Below, piece by piece: positions 36,819-46,651 of a stretch of DNA of 64,000 nucleotides. The notes beneath the pieces are model-generated. The model worked only from the letters and a program-made list of their open reading frames with translations, had not been told where the DNA came from and did no database searches. The translations under genes were made by a program, and so were the position numbers. Position 1 is the stretch's first letter. Every line of letters begins with the position of its first letter. This DNA comes from a virus. The stretch spans positions 1 through 64,000 of IMG/VR virus record IMGVR_UViG_3300031730_000002. One strand, written 5' to 3'.

Positions 36819-38920
36819 AAGGACACCACCTGGCTTGCGAAGGCGTCGACCAGCGGGCTGTGCGTCACCAGCAGCGTCTGATCGAAGCCGGCCGATGCCA
36901 CCAAGCCCAGCATGTTGGTCTCGCGCTCATCGTCGCAGGCCGCCCCCGGCTCATCGAGCATGAGGAAGCGGGCGTTCGGCAGGAAGGTCTTGGTGAGGGC
37001 GATTCGGATCGCGAGCCCGAGCGCATCGAGCGTCGAGCCCGAGAGCCCGCCCACGTCCTGCCCATCGGCCTTGAAGCCGCCGTCTGTGCGGGTGATCACC
37101 GACTGCACGCCACGAACCGACGAGAAGTAGCTGCTCACCGACGCCAGCACGATCGTCCACAGCTTGTCGGAGATCGCCGGCCGCGCGCCGCGCAGCTTCT
37201 TGATAAGCGCGTTGTTCCGGTTCATGGCTGCGAGCCGATCCCGTGCAGTGTCGAGCTGGACCTGCAGGGTGTGGCGCTGCTGTACCCGCTGGGCGTGCAG
37301 CTGCAGCTTGTGCTCCATCTCGACCCGCTTGGCGTCGAGCGCAGCCTTCACGTCGCGGATCTCGTCGCCCAGCACGCGCACACGGTGCTCCAGCGCGTCG
37401 CCAGCGTCGAGCCGAGCCTTGGCCAGCACCGCGGCAGCTTCGAGGCCTTCCTGCGCCGCCTGCAAGGCCGCCAGCTGCCCTTGCAGTGCTGAGAGCTGCC
37501 GTTCGCTGGCCGCCTTGTCCGACGCCGAGCTGAAGTATGCGCGGTGCTCGGCCTCAGCCCTGGCGATCAGCTCGGCGTAGGCCGGTCGTTCGCCAGCGGC
37601 TTGCGGCACTTCGCCTTTCCACTTCCAGCTGTGTGGCACCTGATCGTCAGCGATCTCTATGTAGGCACTATGCTTCCCTATTGCCCGCTCGTATGCGGTC
37701 GCCTGCTGGTCGAGTAGCAACAGCTCATCATATTCAGCCTTAGTGCCGGCATAGGCTGTCTCACAAGCCAACACAGCCGTGTCGATCTCAGCCACTTCAG
37801 CATTCACTGCGATGTTGCGCTGCACGACTTCAGGCACCGATGCCAGATCCTTGTCACAGAAGGCACAGGTCTGTTCTTTGACCAGGCCTGCGACCACAGT
37901 AGCGCGGCGAGTAAGCAGGGCGTTGTTCTGGTTGATTAAGTTGTTGACCGTCTGCAGTGAATCCTTGAGCGCTTCTGCCAATGAGGCACGACTACCAGCC
38001 CACACCAGTTCAGGCACAGGCAGGTTGTGCAGCTGGCCATAGGCCGTCAGCGCAGCGTCCTCCTGCACGCGGCTGAACAGCGCCTTGCGCCAGTCCTCGA
38101 CCTGCTCCTGCGTGGTGGTCGGCTGGATGAGCAGGCGCACAGTGGCCGGTAGCACTTCGGAGATCCGTAGCGACACCTGATCGGCGTCGCGCACGCCCGC
38201 GGCGGCGTCGACGATGGCCTTCCGCGCGTCGCCGAGCGCCAGGGCATTCAGCTCTGTCGACTTGAGCTTCTGCTCTTCGTAGGCCGCGCCCATGCGGCTG
38301 TTGAGCGCGTCGATCTCGATCTCCATCGCCGCCGTGTCCAGCGGCTCAACCGCCGCAGCTTCGAGCTGGCCAGCCAGCGTGGCCAGCTGAGTCTCGACAT
38401 CCTTCGTCGCGCCGGTGGGCAGGTCGTGCTGCACCATCTCCACGATCCGGTCGATGAGGTTGAAGTCGGCCAACGTCTCGATCAGCGCCGCCGCCTCGCT
38501 CGGGCCGCCGGCCAGCGCACCACGCAGCGCACCTTGCGACGCGAGCATCATCTTGCTGGCTGTGTCGGCAGTGGTGCCCAACAGGTTCTCGCAGAAGCGA
38601 GTGACTTCGGTCTGGCCAGTGACCTTGCCGCCAGCGTAGTTCAGCTCGGCACCGGACTTCTTGCGCACGATCGTGTAGCTCACGCCATCGAAGTGGAATG
38701 CAAGCTCGATGCGCAGCGCGCTCTCGGGCTGGCCCCACGTCACGCATCGGTCGAGCGGCTGGCGCAAGGCGCGGAAGCCGAACAGCGCAGCTGCAAGCGC
38801 TTCCTGGACCGTGGTCTTCCCGGCTTCATTCAAGCCGCGGATGGCCACAAGGCCTTGGGCAAAGTTGATGGTCAGATCTTCGTGCTTGCGGAAGAACTTG
38901 AGAGTGAGACGATCAAACAT
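36815..38920 (-). CDS. sbcC: SbcC/Rad50-like SMC ATPase
   Basis: GLNEAGKT, coiled coils with CAFC zinc hook, LSGS signature, LMLDEP, VTH. Confidence 0.92.
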   Translation of the reverse strand: MFDRLTLKFFRKHEDLTINFAQGLVAIRGLNEAGKTTVQEALAAALFGFRALRQPLDRCVTWGQPESALRIELAFHFDGVSYTIVRKKSGAELNYAGGKVTGQTEVTRFCENLLGTTADTASKMMLASQGALRGALAGGPSEAAALIETLADFNLIDRIVEMVQHDLPTGATKDVETQLATLAGQLEAAAVEPLDTAAMEIEIDALNSRMGAAYEEQKLKSTELNALALGDARKAIVDAAAGVRDADQVSLRISEVLPATVRLLIQPTTTQEQVEDWRKALFSRVQEDAALTAYGQLHNLPVPELVWAGSRASLAEALKDSLQTVNNLINQNNALLTRRATVVAGLVKEQTCAFCDKDLASVPEVVQRNIAVNAEVAEIDTAVLACETAYAGTKAEYDELLLLDQQATAYERAIGKHSAYIEIADDQVPHSWKWKGEVPQAAGERPAYAELIARAEAEHRAYFSSASDKAASERQLSALQGQLAALQAAQEGLEAAAVLAKARLDAGDALEHRVRVLGDEIRDVKAALDAKRVEMEHKLQLHAQRVQQRHTLQVQLDTARDRLAAMNRNNALIKKLRGARPAISDKLWTIVLASVSSYFSSVRGVQSVITRTDGGFKADGQDVGGLSGSTLDALGLAIRIALTKTFLPNARFLMLDEPGAACDDERETNMLGLVASAGFDQTLLVTHSPLVDAFASQVVSL

Positions 38921-39965
38921 TGTTGTGCTTCTCCAGCAGCGCAGTCACGGTGGCGCGCTCTTCTTCGTTGAGGATCTTCAGCAGCTCTTCGAGCACCGAG
39001 AATGAGCGGATCTGTTCGAGCGAGACCTGCAGCGATTCGCCGTCGTTGGTTCCTTCGACTTCGACAGCGTTGGTGATGACCAGCGATTCGCTGTGCTTGC
39101 GGAAGCTGGAGATCGCGGTGATCACGTCCGAGGCCTGTGCCGCCGTCGCCTTGCCGACCACACGCACGAAGTCGGTGATGCCAAGCGGCTGCAGCATCTG
39201 CCAGTCCAGCTCAGCGAAGCAGCCTTCGCGAGTCCACGTTGGCAGCCACTCGATGCCAGAGTCCGTGATGCGCAAGGCGTACTTCATGTCGTTGCCGAGA
39301 CAGTCGGCCACGCTGCTCGGCACCTGGTTGCCGACGATGAGGACTTTGTTGTCCAGGTACTCTCGGCGCTGGTGCTCGTGCGCCACGATGATCTTCTCGA
39401 CCTTCAGCGTGGCAGCCTGCTCCAGCGACAGGTTCAGCGAGTGGTCCGACTTCGCCGCAAAGTTGTTCGACACGTTGCAGTGCAGGAATAGGTACTTCGT
39501 GTCGGCCGGCACCTTGCTCAGCTCCAGCTCGAACAGGTCTTGGTTGGCCACGTGTGGGATGACGTACACGCCTTCGTCAATCGTGGTGCCTTCCTTGATC
39601 ACGACCACTTGGCCAGGGAAGCTCAAGGACAACAACTCGCAGAGGATGTCGAAGCTCGACAGCACAGCCGAGTTTTTCGTCATGTCGTGGTTGCCGCGAG
39701 AAGCGTAGAGGGTAGGCACCGGCTTGTATGAGCACTCCAGCCACGCTGCGGTGATCTTGTAGATTTGCAGTAAGTCGCTCAGCGGGATCGCTGCGGTGTC
39801 GAGCCAGTCGCCGTTGATCAGCACGTCGTCGGTGCCGGCCATATCGAGCAGACCGCCGTAGTCGGCGAGCAGGTTGGCTCGTAGTTGCATCGCTGTGGCC
39901 GGCGTGGTGCCGCCGGTGCGGATCGCACCGAGGTGCAGATCGTTGATGTGGAAGAGGGGCTTCAC
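38913..39965 (-). CDS. sbcD: SbcD/Mre11-like metallophosphoesterase nuclease
   Basis: DLH, GDWLD, GNHD, AHEH; GTG start at 39965 inferred. Confidence 0.88.
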   Translation of the reverse strand: MKPLFHINDLHLGAIRTGGTTPATAMQLRANLLADYGGLLDMAGTDDVLINGDWLDTAAIPLSDLLQIYKITAAWLECSYKPVPTLYASRGNHDMTKNSAVLSSFDILCELLSLSFPGQVVVIKEGTTIDEGVYVIPHVANQDLFELELSKVPADTKYLFLHCNVSNNFAAKSDHSLNLSLEQAATLKVEKIIVAHEHQRREYLDNKVLIVGNQVPSSVADCLGNDMKYALRITDSGIEWLPTWTREGCFAELDWQMLQPLGITDFVRVVGKATAAQASDVITAISSFRKHSESLVITNAVEVEGTNDGESLQVSLEQIRSFSVLEELLKILNEEERATVTALLEKHNNV

Positions 39966-40192
39966 AGATATGACCTTCGGAACATGAGATCCAGAGAGGT
40001 TGTGGCGACCTCGACAGGCTTGACGCGCACATCGATAAATTGTGGGTGGCCGTAGTCCCGCCGCAGCTCGATGCACAGGCGGTTGTTGAGCCTAGCGAGG
40101 CCAAAGTCTTTGGCAAGGCCAAGAAGACCTTCGGCTTCGAAGCCTTCGATCTCGGCGATGTCGACGCCGTCGATTTGCAGCTTGGCCATCAC
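39962..40192 (-). CDS. hypothetical protein, 76 aa
   Basis: Coupled overlaps on both sides. Confidence 0.6.
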   Translation of the reverse strand: MMAKLQIDGVDIAEIEGFEAEGLLGLAKDFGLARLNNRLCIELRRDYGHPQFIDVRVKPVEVATTSLDLMFRRSYL

Positions 40193-40431
40193 TTGAACAC
40201 CTGCTCTAGACGTGCAGTGACTGCAGCGCGAGCCTCTTGTCGAATGATGTCGGTCACGTTGTAGCCGCGCACCAACTCCTTCAGCGCGTCAGGCTTGCAC
40301 ATGCTCTCAACTGTGTGCGCCACTGCTTCTCGGATCTCTTCGCGTGTGATGGTCAGCAGGTGCTCGTTGATGAGCACGCGGACTTGGCCACGCAGCTCTT
40401 TGTCGTCGGATGTGTCGAGGGTGATCTTCAA
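40189..40431 (-). CDS. hypothetical protein, 80 aa
   Basis: GGAG RBS; downstream of a promoter. Confidence 0.6.
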   Translation of the reverse strand: MKITLDTSDDKELRGQVRVLINEHLLTITREEIREAVAHTVESMCKPDALKELVRGYNVTDIIRQEARAAVTARLEQVFK

Positions 40432-40456
40432 GGTCTTCTCCAGTTAAGGTGTAGAA

Positions 40457-40485
40457 AGAATAACACCGCCCTCAGGCGATGTCAA
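40457..40485 (-). promoter_or_regulatory. sigma70-like promoter for the sbcD-sbcC-xis unit
   Basis: TTGACA-17 nt-TATTCT with extended TG. Confidence 0.65.
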
Positions 40486-40502
40486 CAGAGTCAGGAAATG
40501 TG

Positions 40503-40961
40503 TCAGAGATCCAGGATCGGCTGCACGTCTTCCCACTGTACGTAGCCGCTGAGATCCCAGCTACCGAACGCCGGACCAGGCCGTGTGCGGAACAGCTCCA
40601 AAGGTGGGCTGACCCACGTCTTCGTGATCGAGCTGTAGACCAGCACATGCACCACGCCGCCGGCCATCTCGCGAATGCGGCACTTGCCCACCTGCGAGTC
40701 TTCGAAGTTCTTGTAGGGTAAGCGGTGCTCCTTGTGCGCCACCTCCTTCACCTCGATGATCCCGTGCCTGCCCGGCATGTACCAGCTGAAGTCTCCGGCG
40801 ATGCGCTGGAACTTCCCGCCGGCAGATCTGGCGTCGTAGCCGCGGTGCCAGTCGAAGGCTTGGCGCTGCGAGTGAAGGCCTTCGAGGTAAGCCTTGACGA
40901 TCGCCTCGGCACTCTTGCCCTGCTGGCCCTTGGCCTTGGTCTTCTTGTCGTCACCGAACAT
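40503..40961 (-). CDS. PD-(D/E)XK nuclease, RecU-like Holliday junction resolvase
   Basis: GKSAE...GDF...IIEVKE...SQ. Confidence 0.7.
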   Translation of the reverse strand: MFGDDKKTKAKGQQGKSAEAIVKAYLEGLHSQRQAFDWHRGYDARSAGGKFQRIAGDFSWYMPGRHGIIEVKEVAHKEHRLPYKNFEDSQVGKCRIREMAGGVVHVLVYSSITKTWVSPPLELFRTRPGPAFGSWDLSGYVQWEDVQPILDL

Positions 40962-41160
40962 CTTGATCTCCAGTCAGTGCAGCTTCATCGTTGGCCGCCT
41001 GCACGACCACACCCAATGCCCGCATGTTCTCGCTCTGCACGAACAGGCTGATGGTCTTGGGCACGATGCCCGGCAGCTGCTCCCACGTGTAGCCACCTTG
41101 CTTGAGATGGCGCTCGAAGATGCCGAGCTTCCAGCTGTCGATGATGATTCCTGCTTTCAC
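40951..41160 (-). CDS. hypothetical protein, 69 aa
   Basis: AGGAG RBS. Confidence 0.6.
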   Translation of the reverse strand: MKAGIIIDSWKLGIFERHLKQGGYTWEQLPGIVPKTISLFVQSENMRALGVVVQAANDEAALTGDQDVR

Positions 41161-41187
41161 ATCTGTCTCCTGAATTTCTGGCGCCAG

Positions 41188-41571
41188 TCAAAACGGGCAC
41201 ACTTTGGTTTCAACGCCGCCAGTCTCCCATGCAAGGTCGACGGACAGCTCCATGATTTGCGATGGCGTCGCTCCATCGCGTATCGCTCTAAGTAGGTCAG
41301 CTCTTTTGGATTGGGAGCAAAACGAGCTTCCCAGTCGATGTGGGAAATGGAAGCCGTGGCAGCGACAGGCCACACGACTGACACGTTCGCGATCTGCATA
41401 GAAGTGATAGTGCCCGCAATGCCGGCATAGACGACCCCCATTTGCTTTCAACTCCTTCTTCAACGCTGCACCGGTGAGAGGTGGAAGACCTCTCACCTGC
41501 GTGTAGCTCACAACAGCTTTCTTGAACGTGTTCCGCGTGCGGCACTTGCTGCAGCGGTAGATGTAGCTCAC
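41188..41571 (-). CDS. Cys/His-rich Zn-binding protein
   Basis: CSKC, CRHC, CRC..FPHR...C. Confidence 0.6.
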   Translation of the reverse strand: MSYIYRCSKCRTRNTFKKAVVSYTQVRGLPPLTGAALKKELKANGGRLCRHCGHYHFYADRERVSRVACRCHGFHFPHRLGSSFCSQSKRADLLRAIRDGATPSQIMELSVDLAWETGGVETKVCPF

Positions 41572-41939
41572 TTGTTCAGATGAGCCAGAGCCCCGTGGAA
41601 GCGCGGCTTGCCCATCGTCGCCGTGACGATCTTCTGCTCGATCAGGATGAAGGTCACCACCTCGACATCCTGCTTTCTCCGCGTCGGGTCTTTGCGGACC
41701 TTGGCCACGTGCTCAGGGTAAGGGTCTTCGGGGCCTTGCTGCACCACCAGCTCCACACGCCCCCGCAGCCACGAGGCCATAGCGCAGACCGCAGCATGCT
41801 TGTTGTGGAACAGCTTTGGCTGCCCAGTCTCGTAGTCGCTGTCGACCATGCCTGGAGTCCAGTGGCTGCTGCCCTTCTGCTGCTTGCGCTGCGGCATGAA
41901 GGCCTGCGTCGGAATGTGGCGAATGGCGAAGACTTCCAT
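41568..41939 (-). CDS. hypothetical protein, 123 aa
   Basis: GGAGG RBS; coupled to neighbours. Confidence 0.6.
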   Translation of the reverse strand: MEVFAIRHIPTQAFMPQRKQQKGSSHWTPGMVDSDYETGQPKLFHNKHAAVCAMASWLRGRVELVVQQGPEDPYPEHVAKVRKDPTRRKQDVEVVTFILIEQKIVTATMGKPRFHGALAHLNK

Positions 41940-41940
41940 G

Positions 41941-42723
41941 TCAGGCCTCCAGGCGAAACTTGCGGAACGCGGCCACCGAGTGCGGGCAGATCTGCTCGAT
42001 CAGGTCGAGCATCGCATCGCTGTACACACGGATCTCGTGCTGCGCATGGTTGTCCGAGCGCAAGCCGATGAAGTGGAAGAGGTTGTGCAAGTCCACCGTG
42101 CCGAACATGCGGCTGTAGGTGGCGAAGGGCAGGTTGTCCCTCGCAAGCTCGCGCGGCATGCCTTCGTCCATCTGCTTCCTGTAGAGCGCGAAGCCGGCTT
42201 CCATGTGGGCGCGCTGCTCTTCCTGCCAGCGCCGATCGCGAGCTTCGATCTCGGGTGTCAGCTCGGTGCTGTCGTCGCGCATCTGCTTGTTGCTCTTCGA
42301 CTGCGTGCCGAAGTTGCCGACTTCCGGCACGTAGAACTCTTCCGGCAACGGAGCGTAGCGAGCGCTCAGCTCGTTGTAGCTCCACATACGATGGCGGTGC
42401 CATTGGCGGAACACCATGATCGGAGCCTTCACCTCGAACGTGAAAACCATCGCCTCGAACGGCGACGTGTGCCGGTTCTTCATCAGGTAGGCGATGAGCT
42501 TGGCGTCCTTCTCGTCTTCACCGACCCGCCAGTCAGCGTCGTAGCTGACCCGAGCGTTGCGCACCACTTCGAGATCGCCGGACCAGTCGCCGTGGTCGGC
42601 CTTGAGATAGCCGCTGGTGGTGTGCGAGACGGCATCGTGAGTCGCTATGGACTGGGGGATGGGCTGCATGCAGGAGACGAGACGGACGAAGCCGTGGTCG
42701 AGAAGATCAGTTTTGGTTTTCAT
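41941..42723 (-). CDS. thyX: FAD-dependent thymidylate synthase
   Basis: ARVSY, HTSPFE, RHRMWSYNELSARY, HAQHEIR. Confidence 0.96.
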   Translation of the reverse strand: MKTKTDLLDHGFVRLVSCMQPIPQSIATHDAVSHTTSGYLKADHGDWSGDLEVVRNARVSYDADWRVGEDEKDAKLIAYLMKNRHTSPFEAMVFTFEVKAPIMVFRQWHRHRMWSYNELSARYAPLPEEFYVPEVGNFGTQSKSNKQMRDDSTELTPEIEARDRRWQEEQRAHMEAGFALYRKQMDEGMPRELARDNLPFATYSRMFGTVDLHNLFHFIGLRSDNHAQHEIRVYSDAMLDLIEQICPHSVAAFRKFRLEA

Positions 42724-42813
42724 GTTGTTCCTTTGAAGTTGGGTGAACGTAGGGTGGTAGCGCGTTGCTCATGCAGGCGCTGAAGATGACGTAGAAGATG
42801 CCGGCGAAGAGGA

Positions 42814-43017
42814 TCACGGCGCAGGCTCCCATGAGTGGATGTCTTTCATCGCGAAGTCGCGATCAGCGTTCTTCTCAATGTCGACAGCAGCGAGCAACCA
42901 CTGCATCTCTGTATGAAACTGGCTGCTACGGAAGGAGATGAAGTGCGGCTGGATCAGTCGTTTGCTGCGCTCCCCGCGATAGTTCGTGTAATCGATGACT
43001 ACTCTGTCATGGATCAT
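42814..43017 (-). CDS. stand-alone WYL-like domain protein
   Basis: IDYTNYRGERSKRLIQP...WLLAAVDIEKNADRDFAMKDI. Confidence 0.7.
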   Translation of the reverse strand: MIHDRVVIDYTNYRGERSKRLIQPHFISFRSSQFHTEMQWLLAAVDIEKNADRDFAMKDIHSWEPAP

Positions 43018-46000
43018 GCTGCTTCCTTTTCAAGTTGACGATCTGCCATCGCTTTGTACATCTTGACCAAGCCTTCAGCGATGGCTGCTGCTGTAGGCTC
43101 TGCACCGATCTCGGTCTGGTTGTAGAAGTCCGGCCCGAACGAGATGCTCGACGTGATCGGGATCTTCATGTCTGCGAACGTTGCCACCATGCAGGCGTGC
43201 ATGCGCGGGATGAAGGCCGGCAGGTCTTCGATCAGCACCGACGCCACCACTTCATCGTGAATGGGGCCGTAGCAGATGGCGTCGAAGTCAAAGAACAGGC
43301 CGTCCTTCCACATGCGGCCTTCAGCCAGCTTGGTCATCTCGCCAGCCGAGCCCTGCACCTTGGTGTTCACGGCTTGCCGCTCGGCCTTGCTCGACACCCA
43401 GCGGTCGCCCTTGAAGGCTTCAGCCAGGTGGCGCATCGCGCCCTTCATCGTGCGCACGAAGCCGTCCTCACGGGCCTTGGCGATCACGCGCTCCTTCCAG
43501 AGTGCCACCTCAGCGAACGCAGCTTCTCGCGCGTCGATGAAGGCCTGCGCTGCCTCTTCGCTGACCAGCAGCGTTTGCGCGACCTTGGGCGCCATCGCCC
43601 CGAACTCGGTGGTGAAGTTGACCTTCTTCCCGAGGTTGCGATCATCCTTTACGAACTGGAACAGCGGGTGCGACTTGTGCCCGTGCCGGATCTCTTCGAA
43701 CTGCTCGTAGTTCAGGTCAGGCACTTCAGCGCCCTTGGCCCGGCGCTCTGCTTGCTTGTACTTGTAGACACCGACACCGGTCAGTGCGTGCACGTCCTTC
43801 TTGTTGTCGCCGACATAGCAGGCCACCAAGTTCGGGTCTTCGCTGTAGTCGGCGATGATCTTCAGCTCTTGCGATTCGAAGTCCATCGACACCACGACGG
43901 CGTTGCGCTTGTGTGGCACCACGCACTCGCGGATCTTCGCGGCTTGCCCGTCGATCTTCTGGTGCTTCGCAAGCTGCTGCTTGTTCGGCGCGCTCTCACT
44001 TGCCCGCCGCGTGTTCGTCGCGCACTGGTTGTGCGACGGGTGGATCATGCCGTCCTTCCAGTGCACGAAGTACGGGTAGGTTGAGTAGTAAAGCGAGCGG
44101 CGGGTGCGCACCATCTGCATCAGCCTGAAGGCTTCGAGCACGCCCTTCTGATCTGGCGTGGCGTCCATCTGCAAGGCGTACTCGATCGAGAGCTGATCGG
44201 TCTTCGGGTTGCCCTCGTAGATGCCGGCCTGCCTCATCGTGTCGGTGGCCTTGTTGCGCACACGCACCGGCAAGCCCATCATCTCGTACATGAGCTTGGA
44301 CATCTTTGTGGGTGAGCCGAGCGGGTTGTCGGGCTCGCCCTTGAAGTGCGATGTCACGTACTTGTTGAAGAGCGCAAGGCCTTCCGGCCCGCTCGTACCC
44401 GCTTGCAGCGCCAGCGCAAACGACGGCTCGTTCTCGATCTCGCGGCAGTGTGTCACCAGCTTCGACAGCGTGCGCATCGCTGTGTCCATCTTCTTGCCGG
44501 TGCAGATGGTGAAGGCTTCCTTCACGTCGGCTGCGGTCAGCTCGGTGTAGACCGGCGGCTGCGTGCCTGTGTACTTCTTCTCGATGAGGTAGGCGCTGGC
44601 CACCTTCCAGGCATTCGCATACACGATGTCATCGGCCGCGCTCAGCTCGTTGATCTTCTCCACTGACACAGCCATGCCGGTCAGGAAGTTGACGGCATGC
44701 TGGTAGGCCGCATCGATCTCGACTTCGAGGTAGACCTGCCATGTGTGCTCGATCTCCATCACGAGCCGGTTGTAGACGTGCAGTGCCGCGGTGCAGATGG
44801 TGTCGTCGCAGCCGTAGCCGACCACCTGCTGAGCAGTCAGCTCGTTCATCTTGTAGCGGCGCTCTTCCCACTCTTCCATCGGGAACTGCACTTCGCTGTC
44901 AACAATCTCGCCGATGTTCGAAGCATGCTCGAACACGCGGAGCTGCCGGCCGCCCGGCTGCAGCGTGCCCACAGGCCCGGCCAGCTTGGTGACTTGGTCG
45001 AAGGTCTGCTGCTCGTAGCCCAGCACACGCTTGGAGCGGTCCTTTAGCCCGAGCTTGCTGTTCTCGTCGACGTAGCTGTTCTCGAACATCGTGTCGAGGA
45101 CATTGGGCAGGAAGCCGCGGTAGCCGTTGTCCTGCCAGTGCTCGGCGAACTCCTGATAGCACACGCACAGCTCGAAGGCAGTGTTCTGGATCACCAGATG
45201 CATCGTCTTCGGGATCATCTCGATGACCTTGCGCGCCTGCTCCAGCGTGATGTTGTTCGTGTTGGCATGGTCGACGCTGAAGTACATGGTGTACTGCGTG
45301 TTCTTGCCGAGCGTCAGGCTGAAGCCCGTCAGCTCGCTGCCAAGCTGGTCAAGGCGGTCTCCGTCCTTCTGTGCGGAGATCCACTCGTCGCTTGCGTCGG
45401 TTGTCGAGGTCTCGATGTCGAACGTGGCGAACGGCGACTCTTCGATGATGCGCGGCATCCACTCGACGAAGCCTTGCAGGTTGTCAGCTGTGACCAGAAA
45501 GGTCTCGCCATACCACTTGGACACACGTTCATCGGCTTGTGCAGGCCGCGGCGTCACCATGCCTGCCTCGATCACCAGCGGCACCTGCGCAGTGTTGACC
45601 CACTCAGGGTACAGGCGTGCCACGCGGTAGGAGCGGACGGCGTTCTTCTCTTGGTCGACGATCATCTTGATCAGCCTGTCGTCGCCGACCTGTGGGTACA
45701 GAGGCCCAAGGTCCGACTTTGCAAGCAGGTCGAGCAGCTCGTGCATACCGTCTTCGCCATAGGCAAGCAGCATCGCCTGGAATGACTTGACGCCGAAGCC
45801 TTCGACGCCGCGGATCTTGTCGGAGGTGTCGCCGACCAGCGACTTGTACAGCGTGATCAGCCGGCGATCCCACGGGCCGTAGGGATGCTGGCCGAGCGGG
45901 TCATGGTTGCGCCGCACGATGATCTTGGCGCCGTGCGCGTTGGTGCCGTGCAGGATGGTCAGGTCGCCGTCGCCGGTGGCGATGACGAGATCCTGTTCGG

Positions 46001-46412
46001 CTTCGCGAGCCAGGTAGGCGAGCACGTCGTCGCCTTCGACGAAGTCCTGCGACATCAGCGTGGAGCCAAGGCCGCGCCACAGGTTGCGCATCATCTCGCG
46101 CAGCTTCTCGAACTCGGCGTAGTTCTCAGGGGCCTTGTCTTCGCCAGCCTTGTAGATCGGGTCGAACGCACGCCGCTTCTGCTTCGAGTGCATGCCTTCG
46201 AACACGAGGATGGCGTCGATGGGCGCGAGGCCGAACTGGTCGAGAGCACCGACCATCATGTTCATCACGTTCTCGTAGCCGTGCTTGGCCGAGTTGATCC
46301 AAACCTTCTTGTCGGGGTCCACCGGACTTGCGACTTCGTAGCCGTTCTCGGTGTCCTTACCTGCAAAGAGTCCTGTCCACATGAAGCTGGACATATCGAA
46401 TGCGATGCGCAT
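43014..46412 (-). CDS. polA: family A DNA polymerase with 5'-3' and 3'-5' exonuclease domains
   Basis: EGDD/TGDGD/LVGDTSD (5'-exo), FDIET and YGCDD (3'-exo), motif A DFESQEL, motif B KKVNF, motif C HDE. Confidence 0.93.
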   Translation of the reverse strand: MRIAFDMSSFMWTGLFAGKDTENGYEVASPVDPDKKVWINSAKHGYENVMNMMVGALDQFGLAPIDAILVFEGMHSKQKRRAFDPIYKAGEDKAPENYAEFEKLREMMRNLWRGLGSTLMSQDFVEGDDVLAYLAREAEQDLVIATGDGDLTILHGTNAHGAKIIVRRNHDPLGQHPYGPWDRRLITLYKSLVGDTSDKIRGVEGFGVKSFQAMLLAYGEDGMHELLDLLAKSDLGPLYPQVGDDRLIKMIVDQEKNAVRSYRVARLYPEWVNTAQVPLVIEAGMVTPRPAQADERVSKWYGETFLVTADNLQGFVEWMPRIIEESPFATFDIETSTTDASDEWISAQKDGDRLDQLGSELTGFSLTLGKNTQYTMYFSVDHANTNNITLEQARKVIEMIPKTMHLVIQNTAFELCVCYQEFAEHWQDNGYRGFLPNVLDTMFENSYVDENSKLGLKDRSKRVLGYEQQTFDQVTKLAGPVGTLQPGGRQLRVFEHASNIGEIVDSEVQFPMEEWEERRYKMNELTAQQVVGYGCDDTICTAALHVYNRLVMEIEHTWQVYLEVEIDAAYQHAVNFLTGMAVSVEKINELSAADDIVYANAWKVASAYLIEKKYTGTQPPVYTELTAADVKEAFTICTGKKMDTAMRTLSKLVTHCREIENEPSFALALQAGTSGPEGLALFNKYVTSHFKGEPDNPLGSPTKMSKLMYEMMGLPVRVRNKATDTMRQAGIYEGNPKTDQLSIEYALQMDATPDQKGVLEAFRLMQMVRTRRSLYYSTYPYFVHWKDGMIHPSHNQCATNTRRASESAPNKQQLAKHQKIDGQAAKIRECVVPHKRNAVVVSMDFESQELKIIADYSEDPNLVACYVGDNKKDVHALTGVGVYKYKQAERRAKGAEVPDLNYEQFEEIRHGHKSHPLFQFVKDDRNLGKKVNFTTEFGAMAPKVAQTLLVSEEAAQAFIDAREAAFAEVALWKERVIAKAREDGFVRTMKGAMRHLAEAFKGDRWVSSKAERQAVNTKVQGSAGEMTKLAEGRMWKDGLFFDFDAICYGPIHDEVVASVLIEDLPAFIPRMHACMVATFADMKIPITSSISFGPDFYNQTEIGAEPTAAAIAEGLVKMYKAMADRQLEKEAA

Positions 46413-46651
46413 CAGTCTTCTTCTTTCTTTGCGAAGCGGAAGTTTTCGAAAATGTCCATCTGCACATCCAGCACCTCAGAGGCGATGAAGTAGAGCCACT
46501 TGCAGAAGATGTAGGCCCAAAGAATGCAAACCACCAGAACAGGCATCGTGTACAGGTCAGTCAGCATCCAGGCAACGACCGTCCAAAGAAGCGGGATGCT
46601 GGTGGGCAAGCACTTTGTCGAGAGCACAAGGTGCTCGTTCGGGTTCTTCAT
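46412..46651 (-). CDS. small membrane protein
   Basis: Two hydrophobic stretches; ATGA coupling. Confidence 0.55.
   Translation of the reverse strand: MKNPNEHLVLSTKCLPTSIPLLWTVVAWMLTDLYTMPVLVVCILWAYIFCKWLYFIASEVLDVQMDIFENFRFAKKEED

Noticed and set aside
36815-39965. SMC ATPase plus TOPRIM as a Wadjet defence system
   Set aside because: The ATPase has a Rad50 zinc hook and an Mre11-like partner, the TOPRIM gene is 17 kb away, and no JetA/JetB equivalents are seen.
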